This document shows positions 40,679 to 50,803 of a DNA stretch of 64,000 nt, piece after piece. Made by a program: the position numbers and the translations under genes. Location: assembly GCA_023267435.1 (NCBI GenBank), contig JAHFNH010000002.1:88706-152705 (forward strand), read 5' to 3'. Within the stretch, counting starts at the first letter, position 1, and each line of letters starts with the position of its first letter. The notes under the pieces were generated by a model. It made no database searches. It saw only the letters and a program-made list of their open reading frames with translations, and was not told the origin of the DNA. The stretch is from Candidatus Nomurabacteria bacterium (lineage in GTDB: Bacteria; Patescibacteriota; Minisyncoccia; Phycocordibacterales; UBA9973).

Positions 40679-42001
40679 TTATTCTTTTGATATCCACTCT
40701 GCATCCTGGCGGACTAATAGATTTTCTTTATTCTTCTGGTCTAAGAGCACTGCTTCGACAGTACGTTCCATACGCATCCCCTGAGAGCCTTTTATTAGTA
40801 CTAAATCACCTGGTTGTACAAAGACTTTAAGAAACTCTCCAGCTTCACGCGAATTTAAAAGTTCAAAAATATTTTTTGGATTCATTTCAGCTGAAAGTGC
40901 ACCTTCTTTAATAGCTTGCGCTCTGGGTCCGACAACAACAAGAACTTCAGCATTTTCTTTGGCAATTCTTCCAATATTTTTATGAGCTTCTTCTGTATGC
41001 TTGCCAAGTTCCAACATATCACCCAAGACAGCGACTTTCCTGCCTGTTGTCTCGCCCACACTGACAGGCTTCACTTCTCCTAAAGTTTTCAAAGCAGACT
41101 CGCAAGCAAAAGGAGATGAATTGTAAGTGTCATCGATAATCATAGAATTATTTATGCCTTTCAAAAGACGCATTCTACCCGGAGGAACGTCGTAATTTTT
41201 TAATGCATTAATCGCATTGATGATATTAAATTTCAAACCAAAAGAAAGTGCCAATGATGCGAGTGAAGCATAAACATGATTTCTTCCGAATACTCCCGCA
41301 ATAATAACCGGCAAACTTTTTCCTTCTTTATCTACTCTGAAAATTATTCCTTGAGGTTCTCCTGATTGTGTAGAATCATTATAAAAAATAGTATCTGCAG
41401 AACCCATCACATCAGCGCCTTCTTTGAATCCATAAGTTATGACGCGATTCTTGCTTTTAATTTTCATTTCCAATACAGCCTCATCATCAGCATTCAACAC
41501 TAGAAGACCGTCTTTTTTCAAAGTTTTAATAAGCTGACTTTTTTCATCTATTAAATGTTCGCGTGATTTGAAAAATTCAATATGCACAGGAGTCTCTCCT
41601 ATCGCTGTGATGATAACCGCATCAGTTTTTAACCAAGAAGCAGTCTGTTTCATATCACCCGGCTTGCCTATGCCGACTTCGAGCACAAGCCACTTTGGAT
41701 ATTTATGCGGAGCAATGATAAGCCACAAACCTTTTAAAATATTTTGTAACCAGACATAAGGATTATTCCAACCATTCGGACATCCTAAAATAGTAAGGGG
41801 TAAACCGATCTCGCTATTATAACTTTTTTCACTCTTGCGTACATGTGAAATTCCAGAAAGCACAGCGTATACCGCGTCTTTAGTGGAAGTCTTGCCGACT
41901 GAACCGGTAATAGCCACAACTTTCGGTTTGTATTTCCAAAGAACCAGTCGTGATTCTATTTTTAATATGTTAGCTATTATTTTTTTAAAAGTTGTTTTCA
42001 T
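40679..42001 (-). CDS. murF: UDP-MurNAc-tripeptide:D-Ala-D-Ala ligase
   Basis: ITGSVGKTSTK, DDTYNSSP, LGDMLELG, LIKGSQG. Confidence 0.94.
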   Translation of the reverse strand: MKTTFKKIIANILKIESRLVLWKYKPKVVAITGSVGKTSTKDAVYAVLSGISHVRKSEKSYNSEIGLPLTILGCPNGWNNPYVWLQNILKGLWLIIAPHKYPKWLVLEVGIGKPGDMKQTASWLKTDAVIITAIGETPVHIEFFKSREHLIDEKSQLIKTLKKDGLLVLNADDEAVLEMKIKSKNRVITYGFKEGADVMGSADTIFYNDSTQSGEPQGIIFRVDKEGKSLPVIIAGVFGRNHVYASLASLALSFGLKFNIINAINALKNYDVPPGRMRLLKGINNSMIIDDTYNSSPFACESALKTLGEVKPVSVGETTGRKVAVLGDMLELGKHTEEAHKNIGRIAKENAEVLVVVGPRAQAIKEGALSAEMNPKNIFELLNSREAGEFLKVFVQPGDLVLIKGSQGMRMERTVEAVLLDQKNKENLLVRQDAEWISKE

Positions 42002-42061
42002 TATTTTGTTTATGGCCTAGCCATGAATTTGCTAATTCATATCGGGTATAAATTTGCTAAT

Positions 42062-43786
42062 TCACCTATCAGGTGGAATTTCATAATAATTTATCAAAAA
42101 TTTAGAGAGATCTAAAAACGGATCAGACCAAGTTTGAAACGCGTAAGGCACTCCTTTAGGATTTACTGCATAAAGAAAAACTATAAATTTCGGATCATAC
42201 GCTGGAAAATATGAGAAGAAAGAATGCGTATGCCTATCTTCATAATATCCTCCACCACCTTCTTTCGCAACTTGCGCGGTACCTGTCTTTGATGCGATAG
42301 AATAATGTTCTAGATTGGTAATTTTATTTTTCATATAAGCATCCATAACATTCACAAGCATTCGAGTTATCTCTTCGGAAGTTTTTCCAGAAATTTTTGT
42401 AGGCTTGGTAGGATACGATAAAACTTTTTCCGTACCATCGTCATACTTTATAGCTTTTACAATATGCGGAGTAACTAGATTGCCACCATTTGAAAGAGAA
42501 GCCAATGCACGAATCATTTCCATTGGAGTAAAAGAAACACCCTGTCCGAAAGAAGCATTTGCATTCTCAAGATCTCTAGGGCTTTTCAAAAAATTAGAAA
42601 CTAAACCGCTTGTTTCATTTGGTAAATCAATTCCTGTTTTTTCTTTGACGCCATAAGACAACATATAATCATGTAAATTTTGTTTGCCTAAATGCTGATA
42701 AACAAAAACCATTCCAGTATTTAATGATTGATTTAAAACTTCCTGCATTGAAATACCGTTTCCACGTCCCTTTTTATCAAAGTTATTTATTTGCTTTTTA
42801 TCTATAATTACAAAACCCCTATCATTGTATTTAGTATCAGCAGTCACTACGCCAGTATCAAGACCGGCTGCCATAACCAAAGGCTTCACAACCGATCCAA
42901 ATTCAAGAACATGTTCGATTAATGGATTCGCGAAAATTGACGCATCTGTTTCTTGAGAAAAATTATTTGGATTAAAATCCGGCTTAGCACTAAGCGCATA
43001 AATAGAACCGTCTTTAGGATTCATAATTATCCCGCCGACAGCATCGACGTTTTCTTTCTCTTTCACCTCAGATAATTTTTTTTCTAAAAATCCTTGCACT
43101 GCCGGCTCTATTGTCGTCACTACATCTCCGCCTGGTTTTGATTTTTTAAATAGTGTTTCGTTTATATTGGAAAAAACTTCTGCAAAAAAATTAACATAAG
43201 GATTGTCTACATCTCGAGAGAGTTCTGAATTGTATTGCCTTTCTATGCCATAACGCCCGCTAAATTCATTACCTTTGTATCCAACAATACCAAGTGTGTG
43301 TGAAGCAAGTGTATCCCCCGGATAAAAACGCCATTTTTCTTTGTATACGGAAACGCCAGAAATCTTTTCGGCTGAAATGGCATCAGCCTGTTCTTTTGAA
43401 AGACGATCTGCAATCTCTTCATAAGGATCATCTTTCTTAGAAGCTTTAGCAACAAATGAACCATGATCAAGGGTTATTTTTCCTGCTAATTTCTGATAAA
43501 CATTTTCTACATTAACAATTTTGTTTGGAGTGATAGCTAATTTAAATCCGGTAGTTTGCGTCGCAGCAGAAACGAGCTGTCCATCCTTGCGTTCAAAAAA
43601 AATAGTTCTGCGTTCGAAAATATCAGATGATGGCGTGGCGTACTGCCTATCTGCACGCTCTGAATAAGAATTTTTATGAACCACTTGCACCAAAAAAAGC
43701 TTTCCTATTAAAATCAAAGCAAGAACTAGTAACCCTAGAGAGACGATTCTTGTTCGAGAAAGAAAACTATAAGTCATTTTTTGCAA
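42062..43786 (-). CDS. ftsI: Class B penicillin-binding protein (FtsI-like)
   Basis: SVVK, SLN, KTGT motifs; dcw position. Confidence 0.88.
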   Translation of the reverse strand: MQKMTYSFLSRTRIVSLGLLVLALILIGKLFLVQVVHKNSYSERADRQYATPSSDIFERRTIFFERKDGQLVSAATQTTGFKLAITPNKIVNVENVYQKLAGKITLDHGSFVAKASKKDDPYEEIADRLSKEQADAISAEKISGVSVYKEKWRFYPGDTLASHTLGIVGYKGNEFSGRYGIERQYNSELSRDVDNPYVNFFAEVFSNINETLFKKSKPGGDVVTTIEPAVQGFLEKKLSEVKEKENVDAVGGIIMNPKDGSIYALSAKPDFNPNNFSQETDASIFANPLIEHVLEFGSVVKPLVMAAGLDTGVVTADTKYNDRGFVIIDKKQINNFDKKGRGNGISMQEVLNQSLNTGMVFVYQHLGKQNLHDYMLSYGVKEKTGIDLPNETSGLVSNFLKSPRDLENANASFGQGVSFTPMEMIRALASLSNGGNLVTPHIVKAIKYDDGTEKVLSYPTKPTKISGKTSEEITRMLVNVMDAYMKNKITNLEHYSIASKTGTAQVAKEGGGGYYEDRHTHSFFSYFPAYDPKFIVFLYAVNPKGVPYAFQTWSDPFLDLSKFLINYYEIPPDR

Positions 43787-44117
43787 GTTTTATACTGCCA
43801 AGATATTCACGAGTTGCGTATTTTGTTTTCGTTTCTTGGAAACCCATCGATTTTGCAAGATTAAGATCAACTTTATTTGAGACAGAAAGATATTGCAACT
43901 CCAAATCTTGAACTTGATTTGAAAGAGTGTTAGCCTCAGCTTCAAGACTTTTTCGTTCTACAATATTAAAAACCATATTCGCTAAGAAGAAAACGTAGCA
44001 AGCTGCAAGTGCAACTAAAAACCAAAGCACAATATTTAATACCTGCCTTTCTAGGTTATTGTTTGCGATGTTTATGCTCATCGTATGCATCTTTGGTTTT
44101 ATGGACATTGTTCTCAT
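43767..44117 (-). CDS. FtsL-like cell division protein
   Basis: Single TM plus coiled coil, AKSMGF, between rsmH and ftsI. Confidence 0.65.
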   Translation of the reverse strand: MRTMSIKPKMHTMSINIANNNLERQVLNIVLWFLVALAACYVFFLANMVFNIVERKSLEAEANTLSNQVQDLELQYLSVSNKVDLNLAKSMGFQETKTKYATREYLGSIKLAKNDL

Positions 44118-44122
44118 AATTT

Positions 44123-45019
44123 TTATAATTTTTCTAAAATTCTTAATTTTGCACTTCTTGCTCTTGGATTATTTTTAATTTCTGCATCTCCAGAGACAAT
44201 CGGCTTTTTATTTATTAATTTCGCTTCATCATTCTTTTCTTTCTCTTTAAAAAACTTTTTAACAATTCTATCTTCTAAACTATGGAATGAAATGACTGAC
44301 ATCCTGCCTTCTTTTTTTAAAACACTGAAACCTTTCTCTAAACCTTTCTCTAACGCACCTAATTCATCATTCACTGCTATCCGTATTGCCTGAAAACTCC
44401 TCGTAGCAAAATGTAATCTTCCCTTTCGATATGCAGCTGGAACAGAATCACTGATAATCTTTACTAATTCAAAGGTCGTCTCAATCTTTTTAATTTTTCT
44501 AGCTTCGCATATTGCTTTAGCAATTCTTCTAGAAAATCTCTCTTCGCCGTAACCGTATATAACATTTGCGAGATTCTCTTCGCTCCAAGTATTTACCACA
44601 TCCATGGCGGTTAAATCTTCTGGAAGCGGATTTTCTTTCATCGTCATGAGCAATGGCTCGTTTTTCATGAAAGAAAATCCTCGTCCGGAATTATCTAACT
44701 GGTCTGAACTCAATCCTATATCTAATATGATTCCATCAACTTCTTTTATCTCTTCAGTCTCTAAGGCTTTATCTAATTCTCTGAAATTAACATTGTGAAA
44801 AGAAACTTTGCAGTCCACATTTTCAAACTTACTCTTTGCTTTTTCCCAAGCACTCTTGTCTTGATCGATGGCAATGATTTTCACTCCAGGAAATTTTTTA
44901 CAAACTTCCGCACTGTGTCCTCCGCCACCAAATGTGCCATCTAGCACAATCGACTTTGAATTCAAATTCAAACCCTCTATTGTTTCATTTAAAAGAACTG
45001 TCTTGTGAACGCTCTCCAT
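44123..45019 (-). CDS. rsmH: 16S rRNA m4C1402 methyltransferase RsmH
   Basis: HKTVLL, DGTFGGGGH, FQAIRIAVN, ISFHSLEDR, NPRARSAKLR. Confidence 0.96.
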   Translation of the reverse strand: MESVHKTVLLNETIEGLNLNSKSIVLDGTFGGGGHSAEVCKKFPGVKIIAIDQDKSAWEKAKSKFENVDCKVSFHNVNFRELDKALETEEIKEVDGIILDIGLSSDQLDNSGRGFSFMKNEPLLMTMKENPLPEDLTAMDVVNTWSEENLANVIYGYGEERFSRRIAKAICEARKIKKIETTFELVKIISDSVPAAYRKGRLHFATRSFQAIRIAVNDELGALEKGLEKGFSVLKKEGRMSVISFHSLEDRIVKKFFKEKEKNDEAKLINKKPIVSGDAEIKNNPRARSAKLRILEKL

Positions 45020-45020
45020 C

Positions 45021-45455
45021 TTATAAAACTCCCGCACTGCTTAACTTTTCTGCTAATTGATCCGCTTGTTTTTCAACAACCTGTCGATAATCTGACCATG
45101 CTTTTTCATTCCACACTTCCACTCGATTCTTTACTCCGATCAATGCCGCCTTGCCGTCTAATCCAACTCTGGCCTTTAAAAAATCTGGAATAAGTATTCT
45201 ACCGATTGAATCTACATCTATCTCTGTCGCTCCTCCGAACATGTAACGATTCAAACCTCTGCTGTCTGACTGCAAGAAAGATGGCGTAGAAAGCTGTTCT
45301 GAAATTTTTATCCATTCCTTGCTGGTAAAAATAAATAAACAATTATCGAAACCGGGAGTGATGACTATTTTCTTACCCATTTCTTTGCGAAATTTAGAAG
45401 GTAATGAAATTCTATTTTTATCATCTATTGTATGTATATATTCGCCGATTAACAT
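45021..45455 (-). CDS. mraZ: Transcriptional repressor MraZ
   Basis: GEYIHTIDDKNRISLP, DSIGRILIP. Confidence 0.96.
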   Translation of the reverse strand: MLIGEYIHTIDDKNRISLPSKFRKEMGKKIVITPGFDNCLFIFTSKEWIKISEQLSTPSFLQSDSRGLNRYMFGGATEIDVDSIGRILIPDFLKARVGLDGKAALIGVKNRVEVWNEKAWSDYRQVVEKQADQLAEKLSSAGVL

Positions 45456-45479
45456 AATTTTTTATTCATTTATTTTTAT

Positions 45480-45526
45480 CCCACTCTTTCCCACTTACTA
45501 CACATTATAAACCACTATCCCCCACA
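45480..45526 (-). promoter_or_regulatory. MraZ-binding GTGGG repeats
   Basis: cccac/ccac units at ~10-bp spacing upstream of mraZ. Confidence 0.75.
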
Positions 45527-45542
45527 ATGCCAAAGTCTTTAC

Positions 45543-45551
45543 TGTGGATAA
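45543..45551 (-). promoter_or_regulatory. Consensus DnaA box
   Basis: TTATCCACA on minus strand upstream of mraZ; another at 19074-19082. Confidence 0.5.
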
Positions 45552-45655
45552 CTAAAAACAACATTTCCATCTTTATGTTGCAATTTAAGTTTTTTATTGT
45601 ATTATGAGACTTAGACAAATAAATTCTTCACAAACCTATAAAAACATATAGAAAA

Positions 45656-46093
45656 ATGGAAACAGCCCAGACACAAACAGACAAAGGTATTAGACTATAT
45701 CTTTGCAACATAAACTTGTTCATAGCAGAACATTTAGGTTGTACAATTCCAGGTAATAAATATTACAGAAAACCTGACGGAGAATTACGTTCAATGATTC
45801 CTCCAGCTGAATTTGATCACATGAAATATAATCACCCCAATTTGAATAAAAACACTGAACTTTGGGGGAAAGGTAAAGTGCTTTTCTCTGCCGGTGAAAC
45901 ACCTGAACCATTTTTTGAAATGCCATTAGTAGACGAAGTTGTTGATTTAGATGATATAAAAATATCTGACATAATCATAGCAGTGTGGGGTTTCCTTATG
46001 GACGAAGGAAGAATGTTTTTCAAATTAAAAAGTGACAATGTCGCTCTTGAAATTGATTACAAAAATCAAAAAATTCTTCTGTATGAATTATAA
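45656..46093 (+). CDS. Hypothetical protein (orphan)
   Basis: 145-aa ORF with upstream TTGCAA/TATTAT promoter and terminator near 46203-46231. Confidence 0.7.
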   Translation: METAQTQTDKGIRLYLCNINLFIAEHLGCTIPGNKYYRKPDGELRSMIPPAEFDHMKYNHPNLNKNTELWGKGKVLFSAGETPEPFFEMPLVDEVVDLDDIKISDIIIAVWGFLMDEGRMFFKLKSDNVALEIDYKNQKILLYEL

Positions 46094-46591
46094 AATTTCA
46101 TGGTAGTTATATCGGTCTACCCAATAAACAAAATCGAGAGAAGAAATAAATATTTTTTTATTTAATATCTTCGAGTACCTACCTTAGGGTACTTTTAAAA
46201 TTAAAGGAGTACCGATGGTGCTCCTTTTTTTATTTCTTTTTATATTTTAATAATAAAAAAAACGCCCTCACATATGTGACGACGCTTTTGCGTTTTTCTC
46301 AATCTTTTGATTGATTAAAACTATGATGGAGGAAATGAAAATCGCTTTAGTCCTTATCTTTGGGAGTTGCTCAAGAGCAATCTTATATGATGAAGGACGG
46401 GATTCCATTCGATTTTTACTGGCTTTATTTTTGTCGTAGATTGGCTAACCTTTGACTAAAATAGTTTTGAATATCGTTTGCTTTTTAAGGCAATGATGAG
46501 ACATTACTACTCTCTCGTTTGATAAACTTGCGTTTTTCTTAGAAAGAACCAATATTTTAAAGAACTATATCCTATGTCTTTTTTAGGGACA

Positions 46592-46765
46592 TTATTTATT
46601 TGATTGATCTCTGTTGCCAGATAAAACCAAATTTTTTCGGAAGAAACTTGTCTTGTTTATGTTTATTTGTTTAGCTTTCGCTTCACATTTAGAACATAGA
46701 ACAAGATTACGAAACCCTGACGAATCTTTTGATTTGGAGTCACTCCTTTTGGGAGGCTTTGACAT
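46592..46765 (-). CDS. Putative small basic protein with CxxC (57 aa)
   Basis: Manual translation MSKPPKRSDSKSKDSSGFRNLVLCSKCEAKAKQ... Confidence 0.4.
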   Translation of the reverse strand: MSKPPKRSDSKSKDSSGFRNLVLCSKCEAKAKQININKTSFFRKNLVLSGNRDQSNK

Positions 46766-46857
46766 CAATTAACTCGTATTAAAGATACTACTCAAAAATA
46801 AAATTCCGTCAATTGTGGAAAAGTATTCCGCAACAAAATTATATTTTTTGTCAAAAA

Positions 46858-48318
46858 CTATTCTTTTTTAGGTCTCATTAGAGGGAAAATTTGAGTTTCG
46901 CGAATAGGTTTGTCAGCTAGGAACGCGAACAACATTTCACCAAAACCGAAACCACACGTCGGAGGCATACCATGTTCGAGCATTTCTACGAATTCCATAT
47001 CTGGCATCATTGCTTCTTTGTCCCCCGCTTTCAATAATTCTTGTTGAGCTTCGAATCTTTCAGATTGGTCGATGGGATCATTTAATTCGGAGAATCCATT
47101 GCCAACTTCTGATCCAGCGATGATTATTTGAAATCTTTCTGTTAGATCTTTATTATCCAGCATTGATTTTGATAATGGAGAAACAAGTTTTGGATGACCA
47201 GTTAAAAATACCGGACCGGAGATTTGCTTTCGGCAATATTTCCAAAGTGTATCCACCATGCGTTCCATCGTATTGCCATCATAAACAACATGAAGCTCAT
47301 CGAGCTTTTTCTTTACTTCATCATAAGTAGCATCTAATACATCGATACCTGTTTGAGCTTTCACTGTTTCTCGGTAATCTATTTTTTTCCATTCACCACT
47401 CAAATCAAATTTATGTCCGCGTGTTTCGAATTCAGTTTTTCCAAATACATCATTCGCTATTTTTTTATATAATTCTTCGGTGAGTTTCATTCCGTCTTTA
47501 TAATTCGCATAAGCCCAGTAAAATTCCAAATTAGTAAATTCTTGCAAATGATTAGCATCCGAACCTTCATTGCGATAAGCGCGTCCTATTTCAAAAGTCT
47601 TTGGAAAACCTGCCGCCATCAAACGCTTCTGCCAAAGCTCTCCGATAGAGATACGCATATATAAAGGCAGTTTAAAATCTTCATTGTATGTTTTAAAAGG
47701 TGTCGCTTCGGCACCGCCAGTCGTAACTTCCAGCGATGGAGTTTCGACTTCCATAAAACCATGATCTTTCATAAAATTGCGGGCAGTGTCCCAAAATTTA
47801 GTTTTCTTTTCTAATATATCTCTCACTTCCGGATCCATTAAAATATCCAAATATCTTTTTCGAAAACGCTCTTCAATATCTTGCAACCCATGCCATTTTT
47901 CTGGTAATGGCTGTAATGTTTTTGTGAGCATGCGCCAATCTTTCACTTCAACTGTCTTCTCTCCTCTTTTAGTTGTAAAAAATATTCCTTGCACTTCTAC
48001 GAAGTCTCCTATGTCTGTGACTTCATTAAAGAAATCAAATTTATCATCACCGAGAGAATCTTTCTTAAGAAGAGCCTGAAATTGCGCAGTACCATCATTT
48101 AAAGTCAAAAAAATAATCGCACCTTGTCCACGCATCGACATAATTCTGCCGGCAACCCATTTCATCTCGCCAGACTTTTCTAAATCTGAAAAACTCTCAA
48201 TCGCTTCTGCTAAGGAAAGTTCTCTTTTTGATTCTGCTGGATACGGATTAATACCTCTTTCTTTTAAGAGGTTGAGTTTTTTTATTCTAGCGTCTCTAAT
48301 CTCAGCAATTGTAGACAT
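46858..48318 (-). CDS. lysS: Lysine--tRNA ligase (class II)
   Basis: PLPEKWHGL, YRNEG, ERFQ, GMPPTCGFG. Confidence 0.97.
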   Translation of the reverse strand: MSTIAEIRDARIKKLNLLKERGINPYPAESKRELSLAEAIESFSDLEKSGEMKWVAGRIMSMRGQGAIIFLTLNDGTAQFQALLKKDSLGDDKFDFFNEVTDIGDFVEVQGIFFTTKRGEKTVEVKDWRMLTKTLQPLPEKWHGLQDIEERFRKRYLDILMDPEVRDILEKKTKFWDTARNFMKDHGFMEVETPSLEVTTGGAEATPFKTYNEDFKLPLYMRISIGELWQKRLMAAGFPKTFEIGRAYRNEGSDANHLQEFTNLEFYWAYANYKDGMKLTEELYKKIANDVFGKTEFETRGHKFDLSGEWKKIDYRETVKAQTGIDVLDATYDEVKKKLDELHVVYDGNTMERMVDTLWKYCRKQISGPVFLTGHPKLVSPLSKSMLDNKDLTERFQIIIAGSEVGNGFSELNDPIDQSERFEAQQELLKAGDKEAMMPDMEFVEMLEHGMPPTCGFGFGEMLFAFLADKPIRETQIFPLMRPKKE

Positions 48319-48327
48319 TATTAATAA

Positions 48328-48795
48328 TTATGATACGTCGATGATTTTATAATTAACTGTGCCACCAGGAGTTTGGAATGAAACACTGTCTCCTTTCTTT
48401 TTTCCAAAAAGAGCTTCGCCGAACGGTGAATGATTTGAAATTTTACCGGCAGCCATATCTGCCTCCTCTGATCCCACAATAAAATAAGTTTTGTTTTCTT
48501 TTGTACCTTCTTTTTCCACCACGACAGTAGAACCGACTTGCGCCGTGTCACCTCCATGTTTTGAAACAACCATTGATGTCTGTAAAATATGTTCTATCTT
48601 TGCAATACGTTCTTCTAATTTACCTTGATCTTCTCTGGCTTGGTGATACTCTGCATTTTCTGAAAGGTCTCCGAGAGATTTGGCGTACTCCAAGGCATCG
48701 ATTATTTCTTTGCGCTTTGGGCCTTTTAAATCTTCAAGCTCAGCTTGAAGCAATTTTTTCTTCTCTTCGGTTATATAATCTGCTGTCTTATCCAT
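48328..48795 (-). CDS. greA: Transcription elongation factor GreA
   Basis: GDLSENAEY, ISNHSPFG. Confidence 0.96.
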   Translation of the reverse strand: MDKTADYITEEKKKLLQAELEDLKGPKRKEIIDALEYAKSLGDLSENAEYHQAREDQGKLEERIAKIEHILQTSMVVSKHGGDTAQVGSTVVVEKEGTKENKTYFIVGSEEADMAAGKISNHSPFGEALFGKKKGDSVSFQTPGGTVNYKIIDVS

Positions 48796-48917
48796 TAGTT
48801 AAATCTAACTTTTTTCCATTAAAAAGTCAAAAAATGCTTTCAAATTATAAAGATGACGATATTTACACCACGACAAAACTTGCGATAAATTTTTTATATG
48901 ATATTCTATTGGAATAT

Positions 48918-49148
48918 ATGGCAAAAACAATAATAGAAGTTAAGAAAAATCCAAATGAAAATAACGCGAGCATAATGCGCCGTTTTTCTCGTAAGGTTCA
49001 GGAATCAGGCGTAATCCACAAAGTGAAAGGTTCTCGATATAACGAAAGAAAGGAATCAAAGCTTAAGGTTAAAGCTGGAGCTCTAAAGAGACTAGGTAGA
49101 AGAAAAGAAATCGACAAGCTTCGCAAACTAGGCAAATTGGTAAAGTAA
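48918..49148 (+). CDS. rpsU: 30S ribosomal protein S21-like
   Basis: IEVKKNPNENNASIMRRFSRKVQESG; start at 48918. Confidence 0.75.
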   Translation: MAKTIIEVKKNPNENNASIMRRFSRKVQESGVIHKVKGSRYNERKESKLKVKAGALKRLGRRKEIDKLRKLGKLVK

Positions 49149-49151
49149 AAT

Positions 49152-49604
49152 ATGCAGGAAAATTTATCTATTATAAACAAAACAAAAGGCAAGCTTCCGA
49201 GCTTGCCTTTTAACGAGTTGAAAAATAACATCTTGGGCAAAAATTACTCTTGCTCGATTGTTTTCGTCGGAGAAAAAAGATCCAGAGAGTTCAATAAAAA
49301 ATATCGAGATAAAGATAAGTCTACGAATATTTTATCTTTTTGTTTATCAAAAACTGACGGCGAGATGATTCTATGTCCAGCCGTCGCAAAACGCGAATAT
49401 AAAAAATTCGACAGAACTTTTCCAAATTTCCTAGGATTTTTAGTTATCCACGGAATGCTTCATTTGAAAGGAATGGAACATAGTAGTAGAATGGAGAAAG
49501 CGGAACAAAAATATGATCAGAAATATTTCTATCGGGATAGACATAGGATCATCAACGACAAGAGTCGTGGTGGGAGAATTCTTAAAGGGAGAAAAAAATC
49601 CTAA
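49152..49604 (+). CDS. ybeY: rRNA maturation endoribonuclease YbeY
   Basis: YRDKDKSTNILSF, HGMLHLKGMEH. Confidence 0.92.
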   Translation: MQENLSIINKTKGKLPSLPFNELKNNILGKNYSCSIVFVGEKRSREFNKKYRDKDKSTNILSFCLSKTDGEMILCPAVAKREYKKFDRTFPNFLGFLVIHGMLHLKGMEHSSRMEKAEQKYDQKYFYRDRHRIINDKSRGGRILKGRKKS

Positions 49605-50676
49605 AGTTATTGGCATTGGTGAAAATGAAACAAAAGGCATCCGACATGGTTATGTCGTAAATTTCAATGACGCAGTAAATTCTGTTAAGAAAGCTGTTGC
49701 TATGGCAGAAAAAACTTCCGGTGTAAAAATAAAACACGCATTTGTTTCAGTCGGCGGCACAACTCTGCATTCAGAAATGAGTTCAGGGGTCGCAATTATT
49801 TCCAAAGCAGATGGCGAAGTGACCAGCCTAGACATAAATAAAGCTATTGAAGACGGAGAAAATAATCTAAAACTCGGCAATAAAAGAGTGATCCAATTGT
49901 TCCCTATTTCTTTCCGCCTCGATGGCAAAGAAGTTTTAGGCAGACCGGAAGGAATGCGAGGAGTAAAGCTTGAAATTAAAACTATTTTCGTTGTTTGTTC
50001 AAGTCAACATTTAGAAGACTTACTAGAAGTAATAGCCGAAGCTGGAGTAGAACCGCTAAATATCATCGCCTCGCCTATCGCCGGAAGTAATATCGCATTA
50101 TCCGACAGACAAAAAATCGTAGGATCAGCATTGGTTAGTATCGGTTCGGAAACTGTATCAATCGGAGTATTTGAAAATGGCTCGCTCATATCTCTCCACA
50201 CATTTTCAATCGGTTCATCTGATATCACAAATGACATAGCTTTGGGTTTGAAAATTCCGTTGGAAAAAGCAGAGAGTTTCAAACTTGGAAATATTTCCGA
50301 AGATTATTCAAAGAAAAAACTAGATGAGATCATTGAAGCTCGTTTATCTGATATTTTTGAACTCATCGAGAATCATCTGAAAAAAATAAAAAGAAATGAA
50401 CTCCTGCCTGCCGGCATTGTATGGATAGGTGGAGGTTCTTCTATACCTAAACTTGAAGAATTTTCAAGGTCTGCATTAAAACTCCCATCCAGAGTGGGAC
50501 AGACAGATATGTTTGGTAATGCAAAAACAAAACTTCGAGACCCGTCCTGGTTTACAGCACTGGGTCTTATAATAGAAAACAAAGATAGTAAAGGACCAAC
50601 CGGCAACCCATTTTCCAATCTTTTAAAAGATCTAATAAACGCAATAAAATCAATGACTAAACAGCTCATGCCTTAA
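49513..50676 (+). CDS. ftsA: Cell division protein FtsA
   Basis: GIDIGSS, ITNDIA, IGGGS; upstream of ftsZ. Confidence 0.93.
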   Translation: MIRNISIGIDIGSSTTRVVVGEFLKGEKNPKVIGIGENETKGIRHGYVVNFNDAVNSVKKAVAMAEKTSGVKIKHAFVSVGGTTLHSEMSSGVAIISKADGEVTSLDINKAIEDGENNLKLGNKRVIQLFPISFRLDGKEVLGRPEGMRGVKLEIKTIFVVCSSQHLEDLLEVIAEAGVEPLNIIASPIAGSNIALSDRQKIVGSALVSIGSETVSIGVFENGSLISLHTFSIGSSDITNDIALGLKIPLEKAESFKLGNISEDYSKKKLDEIIEARLSDIFELIENHLKKIKRNELLPAGIVWIGGGSSIPKLEEFSRSALKLPSRVGQTDMFGNAKTKLRDPSWFTALGLIIENKDSKGPTGNPFSNLLKDLINAIKSMTKQLMP

Positions 50677-50803
50677 AAATATGAAGTTTTTTTAAAATGT
50701 AATATAGTTGTAAAAAAGCAAAAATTTTGCTTTTTTTTATTTTCTGCTATTATAAGACTTATACAAACTAATCATTTTTATTAGAAATTAATTTTAAAAA
50801 CAT

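Noticed and set aside
42022-42064. 14-bp repeat aatttgctaattca between ftsI and murF
   Set aside because: Two AT-rich copies only; no other occurrence noticed
48561-48917. 195-aa plus-strand ORF
   Set aside because: Upstream part is antisense to greA; only 48918-49148 is S21-like
48795-48918. Switch from mostly minus to mostly plus genes as a replication origin
   Set aside because: No dnaA and no DnaA-box cluster; explained by divergent operons; GC skew not computed
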